A stretch of 59,099 nucleotides of DNA, filler included, from Sphacelaria rigidula (GCA_964200075.2; 6 parts of 6 records of this genome joined end to end with filler, not necessarily neighbours in it), one strand, 5' to 3'; numbered from the whole stretch's first letter, positions 1-10,705 are shown. The notes: generated from the sequence alone by a model not told the origin. A program made the numbers and translations.

Positions 1-1016
1 ATGCACCAACATATACCGAAAAGTGTAGACTGGTGCCCAGAATAAATGGGACGACAACACACACACACAGTATCACTAGCACGTCGCGCTCCCACATTTT
101 TGGACTCGATAACAGTGGCCCAAGACCATATTTTTTTGTCACACTTTGAACCCCTCTCCTTCCTCGGGGCGAGCCCGTGGTCTCAAGGGATCAAGCCATC
201 TCCTGTTCACGTCCTCACACTTTCGACGGCGGTTGGTACACAGTAGTATCGACTCCACACCCGTTGGGTAACCTCTGCATTGAAATTCAATAAAACGCAC
301 TGAATTATATCACACGGGCGGGGTGCGTTATTTTCGAGCAGCACGCGCGCTAATGTTTCCGTGTTGCCAACACCGTGCGAGCGCGCTTGTGCATTATAGC
401 GTTGTACTCTCCTGTGGCAGCCCGTCACGGTATTGCTCCCCACGTTTCATGACGCTTTATTCGAAAGCACGCAGAAGAAATGCCAGCGAGTCCATCGTTG
501 TTGCACTTGGAGATGTGGTGTACCAGTTTTTCGATCTAGTACTGCCGCATGCTTCGTGCTGGACGAACTAGTATACCGTACCAGTTCAAAAACGGATATG
601 CATGAAGTAAACGCCACCAACATGCTCTGGTTAATATAAACTGTACTGTGTACGAGGCGCGGGGACCGTAGTTTTTGGCAAGGAATGCGAGGACGCAACC
701 ATATACTGCAGTACAGGTAGTTTTTCATTCAACACGTGATTCGAACGAGACACAAAACAAAGCATTTACGTGATGGTACCTGGGCGTTTTGGTACTGAAA
801 CGAGTCCACCAGTCCCTCCACTACCTACCGTAAGGGGATAAACACCACGTCTAAATACAAAATACGTTACGAGCACATCTTCATTTTAGAGTAGAGGGCC
901 CAGCCGAGACCACTCCGGGTTCACCGCCGAAATCCAAGACGGCAACGTTCCAAGCACCGAAATAAGTTGAAATTGGAAGCGCCCTGGACACAGGGCAATC
1001 AATCTCTATACCATTT

Positions 1017-1350
1017 CTGATCTTGTTGTCTCGCTTGGTCGCTCGTTGTCGGCTAGCCTCCTCTTCGTTCGTGTGCCAGGTGCCCATAAACCTCTCGGCT
1101 CCCTCCAGCACCCCCTCATGCCACGGAACTCCTTCCTTCACCTTCGCTGCTTCCGTCGAAATTAATTTTGGGACACCGAAGGTACACCTCTCGTCGCCCG
1201 TAGAGCCGTGTCTAGCCCCGAAGGCCTTGAAGTCGTCCTTCAGGCACATCAGCCAGCTCTGCTCCGGGCACCCACGCCTGGGTTCTCCCCCCCCACCAGC
1301 TTCTGCGCCAGGCAACTGCGCCCTGCCAAGCACACGTCGCGCAACACAAA
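1017..1350 (-). mobile_element. Remnant of the C-terminal end of a non-LTR (RTE-like LINE) retrotransposon ORF
   Basis: ORF 881..1399(-) contains RRVLGRAQLPG..PRRGCPEQSWLMCLKDDFKAFG..W..GVLEGAERFMGTWH. This resembles the RGRP..W...+..D+..+G..W tail of RTE-clade ORFs. No RT core is visible. Recognised by eye only. Confidence 0.5.
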
Positions 1351-1645
1351 TTTTGGCTCGCTTCCGGGTGGCATTTGGCGCTGTTCGGGATGTAGGCAAA
1401 GCAGAGGTTGCACCACTTTCAAAATTGAACGTACATTCTGCTCGCGGTAGCTGTACTGAGTAGTTAGTGCTGTCTTTGCTCCCGCAATACCATCGTCAAT
1501 TTGGGCACCGCGCAAAAAAGCACCGAACGACGACTCCTTGTACCGGGTACTTGGTTTGGGAAATCGAAGGGGTCCGAAGAGTCATTACCACGTATTATGT
1601 TGTCACTTGTATCTTAACCCGCACCCCTCTTTGCTCGACCCTCAG

Positions 1646-2143
1646 ATGGACAGTGAGATGTTCAACATCACTGCTCTCTTGCAGACGGAACGTGAACTGG
1701 ATGAGACCCCCCCCGGTGACGAACGTGACGCCAAGGTAAACTTGCTCAAGTACTGCCAGGTCGACACAGTAAAAAAGTACAGGAGGATAGCCGACGGCCT
1801 CTACTTCGATCTCGTACAAGGGGGTGGGTTGTGTCATCTGCGTCAGGTCCTCGACGTGAAGGGTGACCTTGTTCAGCCAATGCAGACAGGATCCATCGAA
1901 GACTACCTTCGGCACGCTGAGAACGCGAAGGGCTGCCTGGACACGCTCGTGAGGGAGGTGGCTCGAGGTGTCGGCGGAGAGGCGTTTACAACACGTGTCA
2001 AGACCCTGGACAGTACAAGGCGGAAGGTAGAAAACGTCGGCGACATCCGCAAGGTGACTGACATGGCGCGGGCGACAGTGGTCTGCGACACGCCCGAGGA
2101 TCTGGCCCACATCTACGAGCTTCTCACGCAGCGACTTCCGAAT
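1646..2143 (+). CDS. Exon 1: N-terminus and first half of the RelA/SpoT-like synthetase domain
   Basis: MDSEMFN...RVKTLDSTRRKVENVGDIRKVTDMARATVVCDTPEDLAHIYELLTQRLPN. Donor GT at 2144. Confidence 0.85.
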
Positions 2144-5100
2144 GTGCGCAGGAGATACGTCTTGTGTTATAAGTGTGTTTGCTTATGTTGGGTGAAAGAA
2201 CCATTGCATCAATTGTTGCATTGTACTGTACGGAGTATTTCGTGTGTGAATGTGAAGGACGCAGTTAGCATGTCTCTCTTGCCTACAATCATTCGATACG
2301 CTGCGCTGCCCATGCGCTTGTGATTGTTGCCCGTGAAGGTCATACCGTTGTTGTCCGCTCCACTGCTGTACTGTGTCCAGGCGGGTGATCTTCGGACAGT
2401 GAGGAATGGATTCGTTCACGATTACAGGCGGAATGGTTACAGGGACGTGAAAGTTTTTGTAATCCTGGAAGATCACATTTGTGAGATACAGCTGCACCTC
2501 CGATCCTTCCACAGCTTGAAGGACGGTCAACACACCGTCTACGAGTGGTCCCGGACGCTAAGCGTGACCGAGGAAATGCATCCCCACGACCTCTTCAAGA
2601 ATGTTGGCCCAGACATTTTCAAGAGGATGCTACTCCTGGCTCAGAACGATTGGAATTCCACTGCGGGTGCTGTACCCGAGTTGCTGCTGGCTACCGGCAG
2701 GCACAACGATGCTAGGACAGCGACGCTCCAGGTAAATAAGCATGTGTCTGGACGTGTATCCTATTGATCACGTGCGCATAACTTCCTTTCGCGAGGTCTC
2801 GGACCGCACACTCGCAGCCGGACACTAGGTTATACGTTCCACCCACGTATGCGTTGATGCAGGCACTTCATGCTGTCGAGATGAAGATGGACAATGCTAG
2901 GCTCGCACACGGGCTGGACAGCAAGGAATGGAGGGATGCCGCAGTTAGCCAAGCGGTGTATCTGGACTTCCTGGCGTCCGTGTGGATGGAAGAGGTGAAG
3001 TGATTCACAGACCCGTGTGTGCACCGGGTTCGATGAAGTCGACAGACCGGCTGGGGTGTCAGTGGTGCCCAACCAGTCGTGACCGCATTTACTGAGCAGA
3101 GAGCACCATTGTTGTGGGAGCTGGAGGAACACTCAACAAGGCATCCCCAAAAATCCGATTCCTGGGCGTACTTCGTTTTCTAGCGTTTTTGCAGCTCTCT
3201 CTGACAGTACTGCACCTGCTATACGAGGCAAATTTGAGGAAGCAGAACCTCTTCGAAGGATGAGCTATCGCTGCTCAGGAGAAGGCGAATGGCAAGAGGA
3301 GTCAAGAACAGGGTTCTGGTTGTTTGGCCGTTTGCACGCTTACGGACTCACCTTCACACTCAACCTTTGTAGCGCTTACATCCTCCCTTTATATCTCGTA
3401 CAGGCCAAATACAAGGAAGCCGAGCTCTGTTACGAACAAGCGCTCGATATTAACGAGAAAGAATACGGCCGCGATCACCCCGACGTGGCTGTGTCCCTCA
3501 GCAACCTGGGTGGTTTGTTTAACACACAGGTGCGAATCGGAATAATTATGCGGGAGTTGCCTTGCGGGGCATGGGGAGCTGGTCGGTGCTGAATACATGT
3601 GTACATTATATTTGGAAGAAACATAAACTTATCGTTAAGGGTTTGTTCATTGTTGATATAATATCGGGCGGGGTTATTGCAGAAGGGCGTGGGAAGATAT
3701 CGAGAAAATTTATCACCTGTGGTGTGTGTTTTTTTACTATGAGGATACTGTCGCGAAGCAGGTGGGAACCACGGGAAGATGTCGAGAGGTTTCTTGTCTT
3801 TCTGGGTTTTGACCATGAATGCCGTTGAAAAACCTATAACCGGCACGATGTTGAGTTTTACCGTCAAACGCTCGTGTCGAGGTCGATTCAAATATTTGAA
3901 TATTTGCTGTGGTATCAACATATCGATGTGCGCCCAAGAGCGTCAGCTTTCATTTGCAACTGCGTGCATGGGATTCGGTTTCAAATTGGTGGAGAAGTTA
4001 CCGTATTGAAAGGAATTTTTTTTCCTGCCGTCCATGGTGCATGTTGGGTTCTGAACAGACAGTCTACAGGCCAGAACGCGACGAAAACTGCGTTTTTGTA
4101 TTTTTTTTCGGGGCTTATGCGGCAGGATTGGAGCTTTCCAACGCATCAATCAGCGCATGAACCGGAGGCCTACCTGATGAGATGAACATTGTCAGGATAC
4201 GCTTTGGTGCTTTGGGTTGCCCATTTTTTATTTCCTATTTCTCGCGCACTCAGGAAGACACCTCGGCTTGTGATCTACCGAGTTATGTGCTGATCTTATG
4301 TGCGGTGCGTGTGTGATGACATATGCGCAAACATCCATTACGCGAAAACAAGAAGCAAAAAAAATTGTAATTGTGCTCCAGAAATAGGTTTCGAAACGGT
4401 ACCACTGCACTTGGTGGTGACAACAGAAGAACATTAATCCTCGCTCAATATGTCTCCCGCTTTGTCACCCTGCAGAAGATACGGCCTCATTCTAATCACG
4501 AAGGGTCCTCCGCAAATGGGCGTCGAGGTTTCTGTCTAAAAGATTACCCCCATTTTCACGAATACGGAGTTGAAAGAACACTCGCCTGTTATTGTCGCCC
4601 GCAATCTACTCACAGGGAAGGTACGAGGAAGGCGAGCGACTGTGCGAGCGTGCACTTAGGATTTCTGAGGCGGCTTTTGGCAGTAACCACCCATCCGTGG
4701 CTTCAAACCTCAACAACCGGGCGCTGTTGTTGCAGTTACAGGTACAGCAGGAGCCACTAGAATATTCGAAGAGTACTCTCGTGGTGGATGTGGCGTTGTG
4801 GACCATCAACCGCTAGGAGCTGTTAAAGAAGCGGGTGATGGTCGCAATTTTGTTTATGGCTGTGTTGTTGAGGCTGAACAACATCCTGCGTTGCTAAGAA
4901 GTCCACGGACATTTGTAACCCTTCCTTAAATACTTCACAAAGAAATGTGAGATGTACAAGCTATCCAGTCTGGGCAGTAGCCCCGGCTGTGACCATCCCG
5001 ACCTGGCCACAACACCCAACAACCAGGCGGAATGGTGGAGACAAAGAACTGAGCGTTCATTGTTACTATCCCGATCTCACCTTGATGTGTACATCCCTTT

Positions 5101-8100
5101 CGTACGTTCCTTACGTTACAGGGCAAGTTTGCCGACGCAGAGCCGTTGCTCAAGCGCGCCGCGGAGATATGGGAGAGCGTTCACGGCCGTGAGCACCGGC
5201 AAATGGCCTTAGCGCTCAACAACCGGGCGGGGTTGTTGTATGAACAGGTTAGAGCATCGGGAGTTCCCCTGGAAAACGCTTATAGCATTCCGCTCATATC
5301 GTAATGCTCAACAATCGGGCGTGGTTATCGAGAGCACAGGTGTGAGTCGAAGGAATGTTCGTTCTTCAATTTTACCGTCCCTCCTTGAACGGGGCCCCTT
5401 CGACATGGCGGAAAAACAGTTTTTCACACTCCAGCGCGATAAGGAACAAGCGGCGCAACCTCAGGCAGCAGGGCAAATGTTTTCCCGCGCTGGCTGAGGC
5501 ACTGCGCGTTGCCACCAGCTGGCCCAAGGTATCTCTGCATGTGGACTACCGACGGCTCCACGTGGGTTGCTGATTCAGCGAGAAGGGACCGCGCGGCAGC
5601 CAGAAAATGCCGTTTTTTGCCTTTTGAGACGTTCGTGGCACCGAACACCTTGCTTACATTTTGGAATCAACATCACAACCAAAACGGACAATACGCCTCC
5701 ACGACATACTCAGAGGAGGCGCTACAACAAGCACAGTGTATTGTGCACAAGACATGCGAAAATTCTATGTTGAATTGGGGCGGCAAAATTTGGGCGAAAA
5801 TTCGCACGTGCTGATGATCACTTGAGCCATATTTACGCCCAATTTGCGTAGGGTCGGTTTCTCAACTTGATTGGGTCTAGTGTGTCTATCAGTAGTCGAG
5901 GTTATTGGCCATGTGTGTTCTTCAGGCGGCATCCCAATTTCCCTGCGCCATTTTCAACGTAGGTGGGATAGGAACTTTGGGGTTGATCTGTGCAGCTTGG
6001 CCAGTTTGTGACACCGATCTGCCAACATAAAAGCAACCTAAAAAATAGTGCACGTCAGTCCGAGCACTACTTCCACCGTGGGGGCACATGATATACGCTG
6101 GCCAACAACCCTGCGCGAGTTCGTGCTCGACAGCAGCCTGCAGCGAGCTTGGAGCATCACTCAGGTCAAACATAAGCTCATCAAAACTTAGGAATGCGAC
6201 CTAATCTCAATGGCCCAAATTTACAGACTTTGGGTGTCGCTAGCTTCATCCGCACTGAACGGTTTAGGCTCCAGACCCATACGATCTCCATGATATCGAG
6301 TCAGCTAGCCATATGAACACTAGACCCAACCAAGTTCAGGCCGCAACAACTGAGACCTTTGCTCATTAGATTTTCGGAGCCACGCGAGCAGCCAGCTTCG
6401 ATTTTCTGCGCATGCGCCCAGAAGTTCACCTTGACGGAATCGATTTGTGCCGATCTTGATGCAGGGCACGTGCTGGAGAGATATGCAGAGTGCACTGGGC
6501 TTTATTTAGTCGATTTAGTTCACTGTGCGAAGAACGCCAATGTTGGCCAGGGGTGAAAAGCAACCGAAAATTGTGGCGGTTTGACGGATCTAATCCCATA
6601 GGGAAAAGGGCCCCCATTAAGTTTCAACGACACTGTGTGTTGTCGAGATCTCACCTGACACTCCACGCCCACAAGTACTTCACAGGGTAAGTACGAGGAG
6701 GCTAACATCTTCTTCCAAGAGGGGTTGGCGATCGACGAGAAGGTGTACGGCCCTGAACACCCAACAGTGGCCATGGACCTCAGCAACTGGGCGACGACGT
6801 TAGAGAGTCAGGTGAGAAACGGTGTTTCCGGTTTTCTTGTGGCTAGGCTGTTGAAACTCAAAAGCATTGCCGTCGTGCCGCAATTCCACTGACTTATTGG
6901 AGATCAAATGTTTTCACAGGGGATATACGACGAGGCCAAGTCGCTGTACGCCAGGGCAGTGGCCATTGGAGAGAAGTCCCTGGGCCTGGAACACCCAGAT
7001 CTTGCCGTATGGCTCAACAGTCAGGCTGCGTTGTTGTACGCATTGGTGAGTGTCGGAGGACGTTTCTTTGCGGAAGACGGGGTTCGAATCGCCCTGTTTC
7101 AATTGCTTTCATAGAAACGTAGAAAATTCTCGTGGGGGAATTATTTTTCCATGACCAACAACCGGGCGCGGGTGTTGGAGAAACAGGCGATAATTTTCCC
7201 AGACATTTCACGTGACCGAATTTTGCTCTGAACCTGTGCTGCGTCGTTGAGCATTCGGCGTTGTATTCGCTAACACCAACTGCCTCTTGTTACACAGGGC
7301 GAGTATGCTAAGGCCGGGCAGCTCTTTGAGCGGTCCCAAGCGATCCAAGAGAAGGTGCTGGGTGCCGAGCACCCCCGTGTGGCGAATGTACTCAACAACC
7401 GGGCGGCGTTGTTAGAGGAGCAGGTGAGAATGTAACTTGTAGATAGTTTATTGTAGAGGTATTGTTGAAGGTCACCAATACTCCGTATCTCTGACTCCAT
7501 CACCACACAAAAAAAAACTTATGCTTTATTGAATATTGAATACTAAACATTCATTGGGGACAACGAAGTCAGTCGACCACTTGAGTGTGACAGAGCAAGC
7601 ATTTGCTACCGATACGTGTACCTTACTCTGACTCTCGAGCACCCAACTAGCACAACGTTGTTGAGAAACCCACTGACACTTTAAGCGCCCAATTTTCGCA
7701 CAGGGAAAACACGTGGAGGCCGACTCCCTGTATCTACGCGCCATCAAGATTTTCGAGGGAGCCTTCGGCCCTAACCATCCATCCGTGGGGACAAGCCTCA
7801 ACAACCGGGCGGGATTGTTGAAAGCACAGGTGAGAGAGCTTTGCGGGAAACCTATTTTTCGGGGGAATCTCTCGGTGCTTGGCTGTTGACATCGACATTA
7901 CAGTGCATGACGTGGGGGATTACGTGACGGTCACCCCCTACCACACCTTTTCGACTCAGGGAAAGTATGAGGACGCTGACGCACTCTATCGGCGAGCTAT
8001 CCAGATTGCGGAAAAGACCCTTGGCCCTGACCACCCAGATCTGGCCACTTGCCTCCACAACCGGGCGGATTCGTTGCGAGAACAGGTGAGGGCGAAATGA

Positions 8101-9606
8101 TTTTTTCTATCACTACGCTCATTAAGCTTGTTTTGAGGTGAAGATGCCACACAGTATTCAGCAACCTACGCGGGACAGGTAGAGAGTCAGATTAGAACGG
8201 AAGTATCTGGGGGAACATTTTGTACTTTGTGTTGTTCAACCTCTATGCACGACAACACTGTGGATTGCTGACGCCTCCGCTGACGCCGAGGTCTCCGTAT
8301 TGTCCAACAGGGCAAGTACGCCGAAGCTGAGTCGCTGTACAGGACAGCGCAGGAGATCGTCGATAAATCTTCGGACGCTAATCATCGCGTACTTGCCACA
8401 GTTCTCAATAGTCGGGCGTTGTTGTTGAGCGCACAGGTGAGAGCCGCGCGAAGGTTCTACAGCAGGCATTTTCTTCATGGGAGCAGGCGTTTGAAAGCTA
8501 ACACTTCGTGGGTGTGTACCATGAGATTCTCAGACAGTTCTCGTGGTGGGAATGCTGCCGCTAAACATCCGCCTGGGTGGGTGAGACGTTTGACGAGGTG
8601 AGTTGCAATGAGCCTCCTCCAACGTGCGTGTCCATGCTGAGTTATTCCCATCTTATTCCCATCTTATTCCCAGAGCAAGCTTGACGAGGCGGTGGCAATC
8701 CAGCGCAGAGGCCTTGCTATTGAGGAGAGTATGCTACCTCCAGACCACCCGCAGATGGCTTCATCGCTCGAGATCTTGGCGGACTTGTTGCAAGCACAGG
8801 TGAAATCGACAGGAATGTTCCAGGACTTGCCGAAGGGAAAAATAGTTCGAAAAGCACTGTGGTTTCATTCGGTCAAGCTTCTCATAGTTTGTCTTCATCG
8901 TGCCCATATCCCACGTATCCACCCCCCCCCCCAATCTACTATAGATGATGCAGTTGAACAATTGATGAAATTGACGACATGAAATCCAGCCCCTGCGGGT
9001 TCTGTTGCTGAACACGCGGGGGTGGAAGCACCGGTGAGAGGCACAATGAGTTTCCAGCAAAGGATCTTCGGCAAAATGGAGGAAACGGCTTTTGTTCACC
9101 TAGTGTTTTCTCGTGGCGGTCGCTCAACAACAGGGCGGCGCTTAAGCGCGGTCGCCACTGTGTTGAGTGGTCAGCACCCCAGGAGGTTTCACGCGAATGG
9201 CCTGCGGTCGTGTATCTGTACATACAGCGGCGGTGATGATTCACGAGACGCGAGCGGTTTTTCTTGGGCTACATCTGCACAGACGCAAACACAATATTGT
9301 AGACGCGAGAAAATATCGTTCTTCGTACAGTAAGTAAGTATGCATATGTGCTTGTATTTATTCACAGGTCGAATTCTTGTTCCTATTAATACTACACGTT
9401 TGCGGATTGCCTTCTCGGTCCTTTTGATTGTTTTCACCGACACTGGACACGTGCCGCAGGAAAAGTACGAGGAGGCCATACCTCTCCTGGAGAAGGCCTT
9501 GGCAATCCGCATCGAGACCCTCGGGGATCACGAAGACACCGTTCGCACAAACGATTACCTGCAGGATGCCCGAGAGGCACAGGTTCGATCAAGACGGGAG
9601 GCTTGA
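1646..9606 (+). CDS. RelA/SpoT-like (alarmone synthetase-type) nucleotidyltransferase fused to a TPR array, about 795 aa, 14 exons: join(1646..2143,2381..2731,2863..2994,3404..3529,4616..4741,5122..5247,6686..6811,6920..7045,7298..7423,7704..7829,7960..8085,8311..8436,8674..8799,9460..9606)
   Basis: All junctions are GT..AG and phase 0, and the spliced frame is open. Exons 1-2 give RVKTLDSTRRK / TDMARATVV / NGYRDVK / CEIQLH / HTVYEWSR. Ten exons of exactly 126 nt each encode one kinesin-light-chain-type 42-aa TPR. The ATG at 1646 follows a pyrimidine tract plus AG, so an upstream exon is possible. Confidence 0.85.
2381..2731 (+). CDS. Exon 2: second half of the RelA/SpoT-like synthetase domain and linker
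   Basis: ccag|AGDLRTVRNGFVHDYRRNGYRDVKVFVILEDHICEIQLHLRSFHSLKDGQHTVYEWSR...ATLQ|gtaaat. 351 nt, phase 0. Confidence 0.85.
2863..2994 (+). CDS. Exon 3: divergent TPR-like helix pair (44 aa)
   Basis: gcag|ALHAVEMKMDNARLAHGLDSKEWRDAAVSQAVYLDFLASVWMEE|gtgaag. 132 nt, open, phase 0. Confidence 0.6.
3227..3320 (+). pseudogene. Decayed TPR pseudo-exon (5' half) in intron
   Basis: Reads GKFEEAEPL, then after a frameshift FEG*AIAAQEKANG. The acceptor is damaged (gag instead of cag). Confidence 0.7.
3404..3529 (+). CDS. TPR exon (126 nt)
   Basis: cag|AKYKEAELCYEQALDINEKEYGRDHPDVAVSLSNLGGLFNTQ|gtgcga. Confidence 0.85.
4616..4741 (+). CDS. TPR exon (126 nt)
   Basis: cag|GRYEEGERLCERALRISEAAFGSNHPSVASNLNNRALLLQLQ|gtacag. 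Confidence 0.85.
4941..5050 (+). pseudogene. Decayed TPR pseudo-exon in intron
   Basis: QAIQSGQ* / GCDHPDLATTPNNQAEWWRQ aligns with the exon at 7960 (RAIQIAEKTLGPDHPDLATCLHNRADSLREQ). The acceptor is mutated (tacttcacaa vs tacttcacag at 6676-6685). Confidence 0.75.
5122..5247 (+). CDS. TPR exon (126 nt)
   Basis: cag|GKFADAEPLLKRAAEIWESVHGREHRQMALALNNRAGLLYEQ|gttaga. Confidence 0.85.
6686..6811 (+). CDS. TPR exon (126 nt)
   Basis: cag|GKYEEANIFFQEGLAIDEKVYGPEHPTVAMDLSNWATTLESQ|gtgaga. Confidence 0.85.
6920..7045 (+). CDS. TPR exon (126 nt)
   Basis: cag|GIYDEAKSLYARAVAIGEKSLGLEHPDLAVWLNSQAALLYAL|gtgagt. Confidence 0.85.
7298..7423 (+). CDS. TPR exon (126 nt)
   Basis: cag|GEYAKAGQLFERSQAIQEKVLGAEHPRVANVLNNRAALLEEQ|gtgaga. 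Confidence 0.85.
7704..7829 (+). CDS. TPR exon (126 nt)
   Basis: cag|GKHVEADSLYLRAIKIFEGAFGPNHPSVGTSLNNRAGLLKAQ|gtgaga. Confidence 0.85.
7960..8085 (+). CDS. TPR exon (126 nt)
   Basis: cag|GKYEDADALYRRAIQIAEKTLGPDHPDLATCLHNRADSLREQ|gtgagg. Confidence 0.85.
8311..8436 (+). CDS. TPR exon (126 nt)
   Basis: cag|GKYAEAESLYRTAQEIVDKSSDANHRVLATVLNSRALLLSAQ|gtgaga. Confidence 0.85.
8674..8799 (+). CDS. TPR exon (126 nt)
   Basis: cag|SKLDEAVAIQRRGLAIEESMLPPDHPQMASSLEILADLLQAQ|gtgaaa. Confidence 0.85.
9460..9606 (+). CDS. Terminal/capping TPR exon
   Basis: cag|EKYEEAIPLLEKALAIRIETLGDHEDTVRTNDYLQDAREAQVRSRREA*. An alternative donor after 9582 (cag|gttcga) cannot be excluded because the contig ends at 9767. 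Confidence 0.75.
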   Translation, partial: EKYEEAIPLLEKALAIRIETLGDHEDTVRTNDYLQDAREAQVRSRREA

Positions 9607-9639
9607 GAGTGGAGGGCATCGTACTGTTAACAAGGTTTT

Positions 9640-9767
9640 TGTGAGATTGAGAGTTGGGTGCGGATTGAGAGTGGCTTTGATCATTGGCTTTTACTCGGCC
9701 AATTTTTCATTTCGTGTGTGTTTTTTGTCGTCTCATTACTGCCATGTGCTTACAGCTACACGTTGAT
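9640..9767 (+). repeat. Dispersed repeat family; other copies at about 28680-28900 (-) and 55350-55620 (+)
   Basis: Shared core gattgagagtggc..gatca...tttttcattt/ccgtgtgt...tacagctacacgt(t/c)gat occurs in three different contigs. Confidence 0.75.
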
Positions 9768-9867
9768 NNNNNNNNNNNNNNNNNNNNNNNNNNNNNNNNN
9801 NNNNNNNNNNNTTAATTAATTAANNNNNNNNNNNNNNNNNNNNNNNNNNNNNNNNNNNNNNNNNNNN
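9768..9867. other. Artificial contig linker N44-TTAATTAATTAA-N44
   Basis: 100-nt spacer with a six-frame stop core. Confidence 0.97.
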
Positions 9868-10705
9868 CCTTGTGGGGGAAAATGAAAAAACAAAAAAAAA
9901 AAAAAAAAAACAAGCCCCCCCCCCCCCCCCCCCTCCGAAGTAGTAAAAGCTCATCATGGGCGCAGCTGAGGGAGATAAAGGGCTCTACAGATGACTCTGC
10001 ATCACGTAGTCATAAGATCATTGACCTCGCATCCTTACAAAGCCGTGACCAAGCACCCCGGGCTTTCGCTTCATCAGGCTCGCATTCAGATGAGGGGGCG
10101 TACTCATTTGATGCTGGTCGTTGTCATTTGATCATTGGCCACGCATCCGTATCGAAAAAGAGAACCGTTCCCACTCCTGAGAGAAACACCTCCAGGACTT
10201 CTACATTCCCCACGTTGTTTCCATACATGACACAAGAACGTGTTACATATTTCATCCCCTTCCTGTTCCGCTGTTTGTGGCCAATCGTAGAGGGGGGGGG
10301 AGGGTACTTCCTAAATACCATGGAAAATAGCGATAGGATTTACTGTACACTGTAAGGCCCGATCAACTGTAAGGAAAGAGTCATGATGGGCAAGGCCTGA
10401 GAGGCGGGGTACCCCAGTTTTGAGGGGTGGCACTCCCTAGATACCATGGATTGTGTAGGGCGAGAGTAAGTACTCTGTAATACAGTTACATGAGTGCAGT
10501 ATACAGTCAACTTGTGTACAATCAGTACTACAAATTACGGGTACGTTGAAAGTTACTACAAGATGCATGCTGTCAACTATTCTACACGAGCTTCCCGAAG
10601 GCAAGCGAAGGTCATCACACGTCATTGATACATATCAGAACAACGCCATGCCCATTTGTACAGGCTGGGTCCGCCTACAAGCCGATTTGTACTTTGCAGG
10701 CGAAT

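Noticed and set aside
2144-2323. C-terminal extension of ORF 1538..2323 (VRRRYVLCYKC...)
   Set aside because: Read-through into the intron. The synthetase motifs continue in exon 2381.
9812-9823. TTAATTAATTAA recurring every ~9.87 kb as a biological periodic motif
   Set aside because: It is an artificial six-frame-stop linker embedded in N runs.
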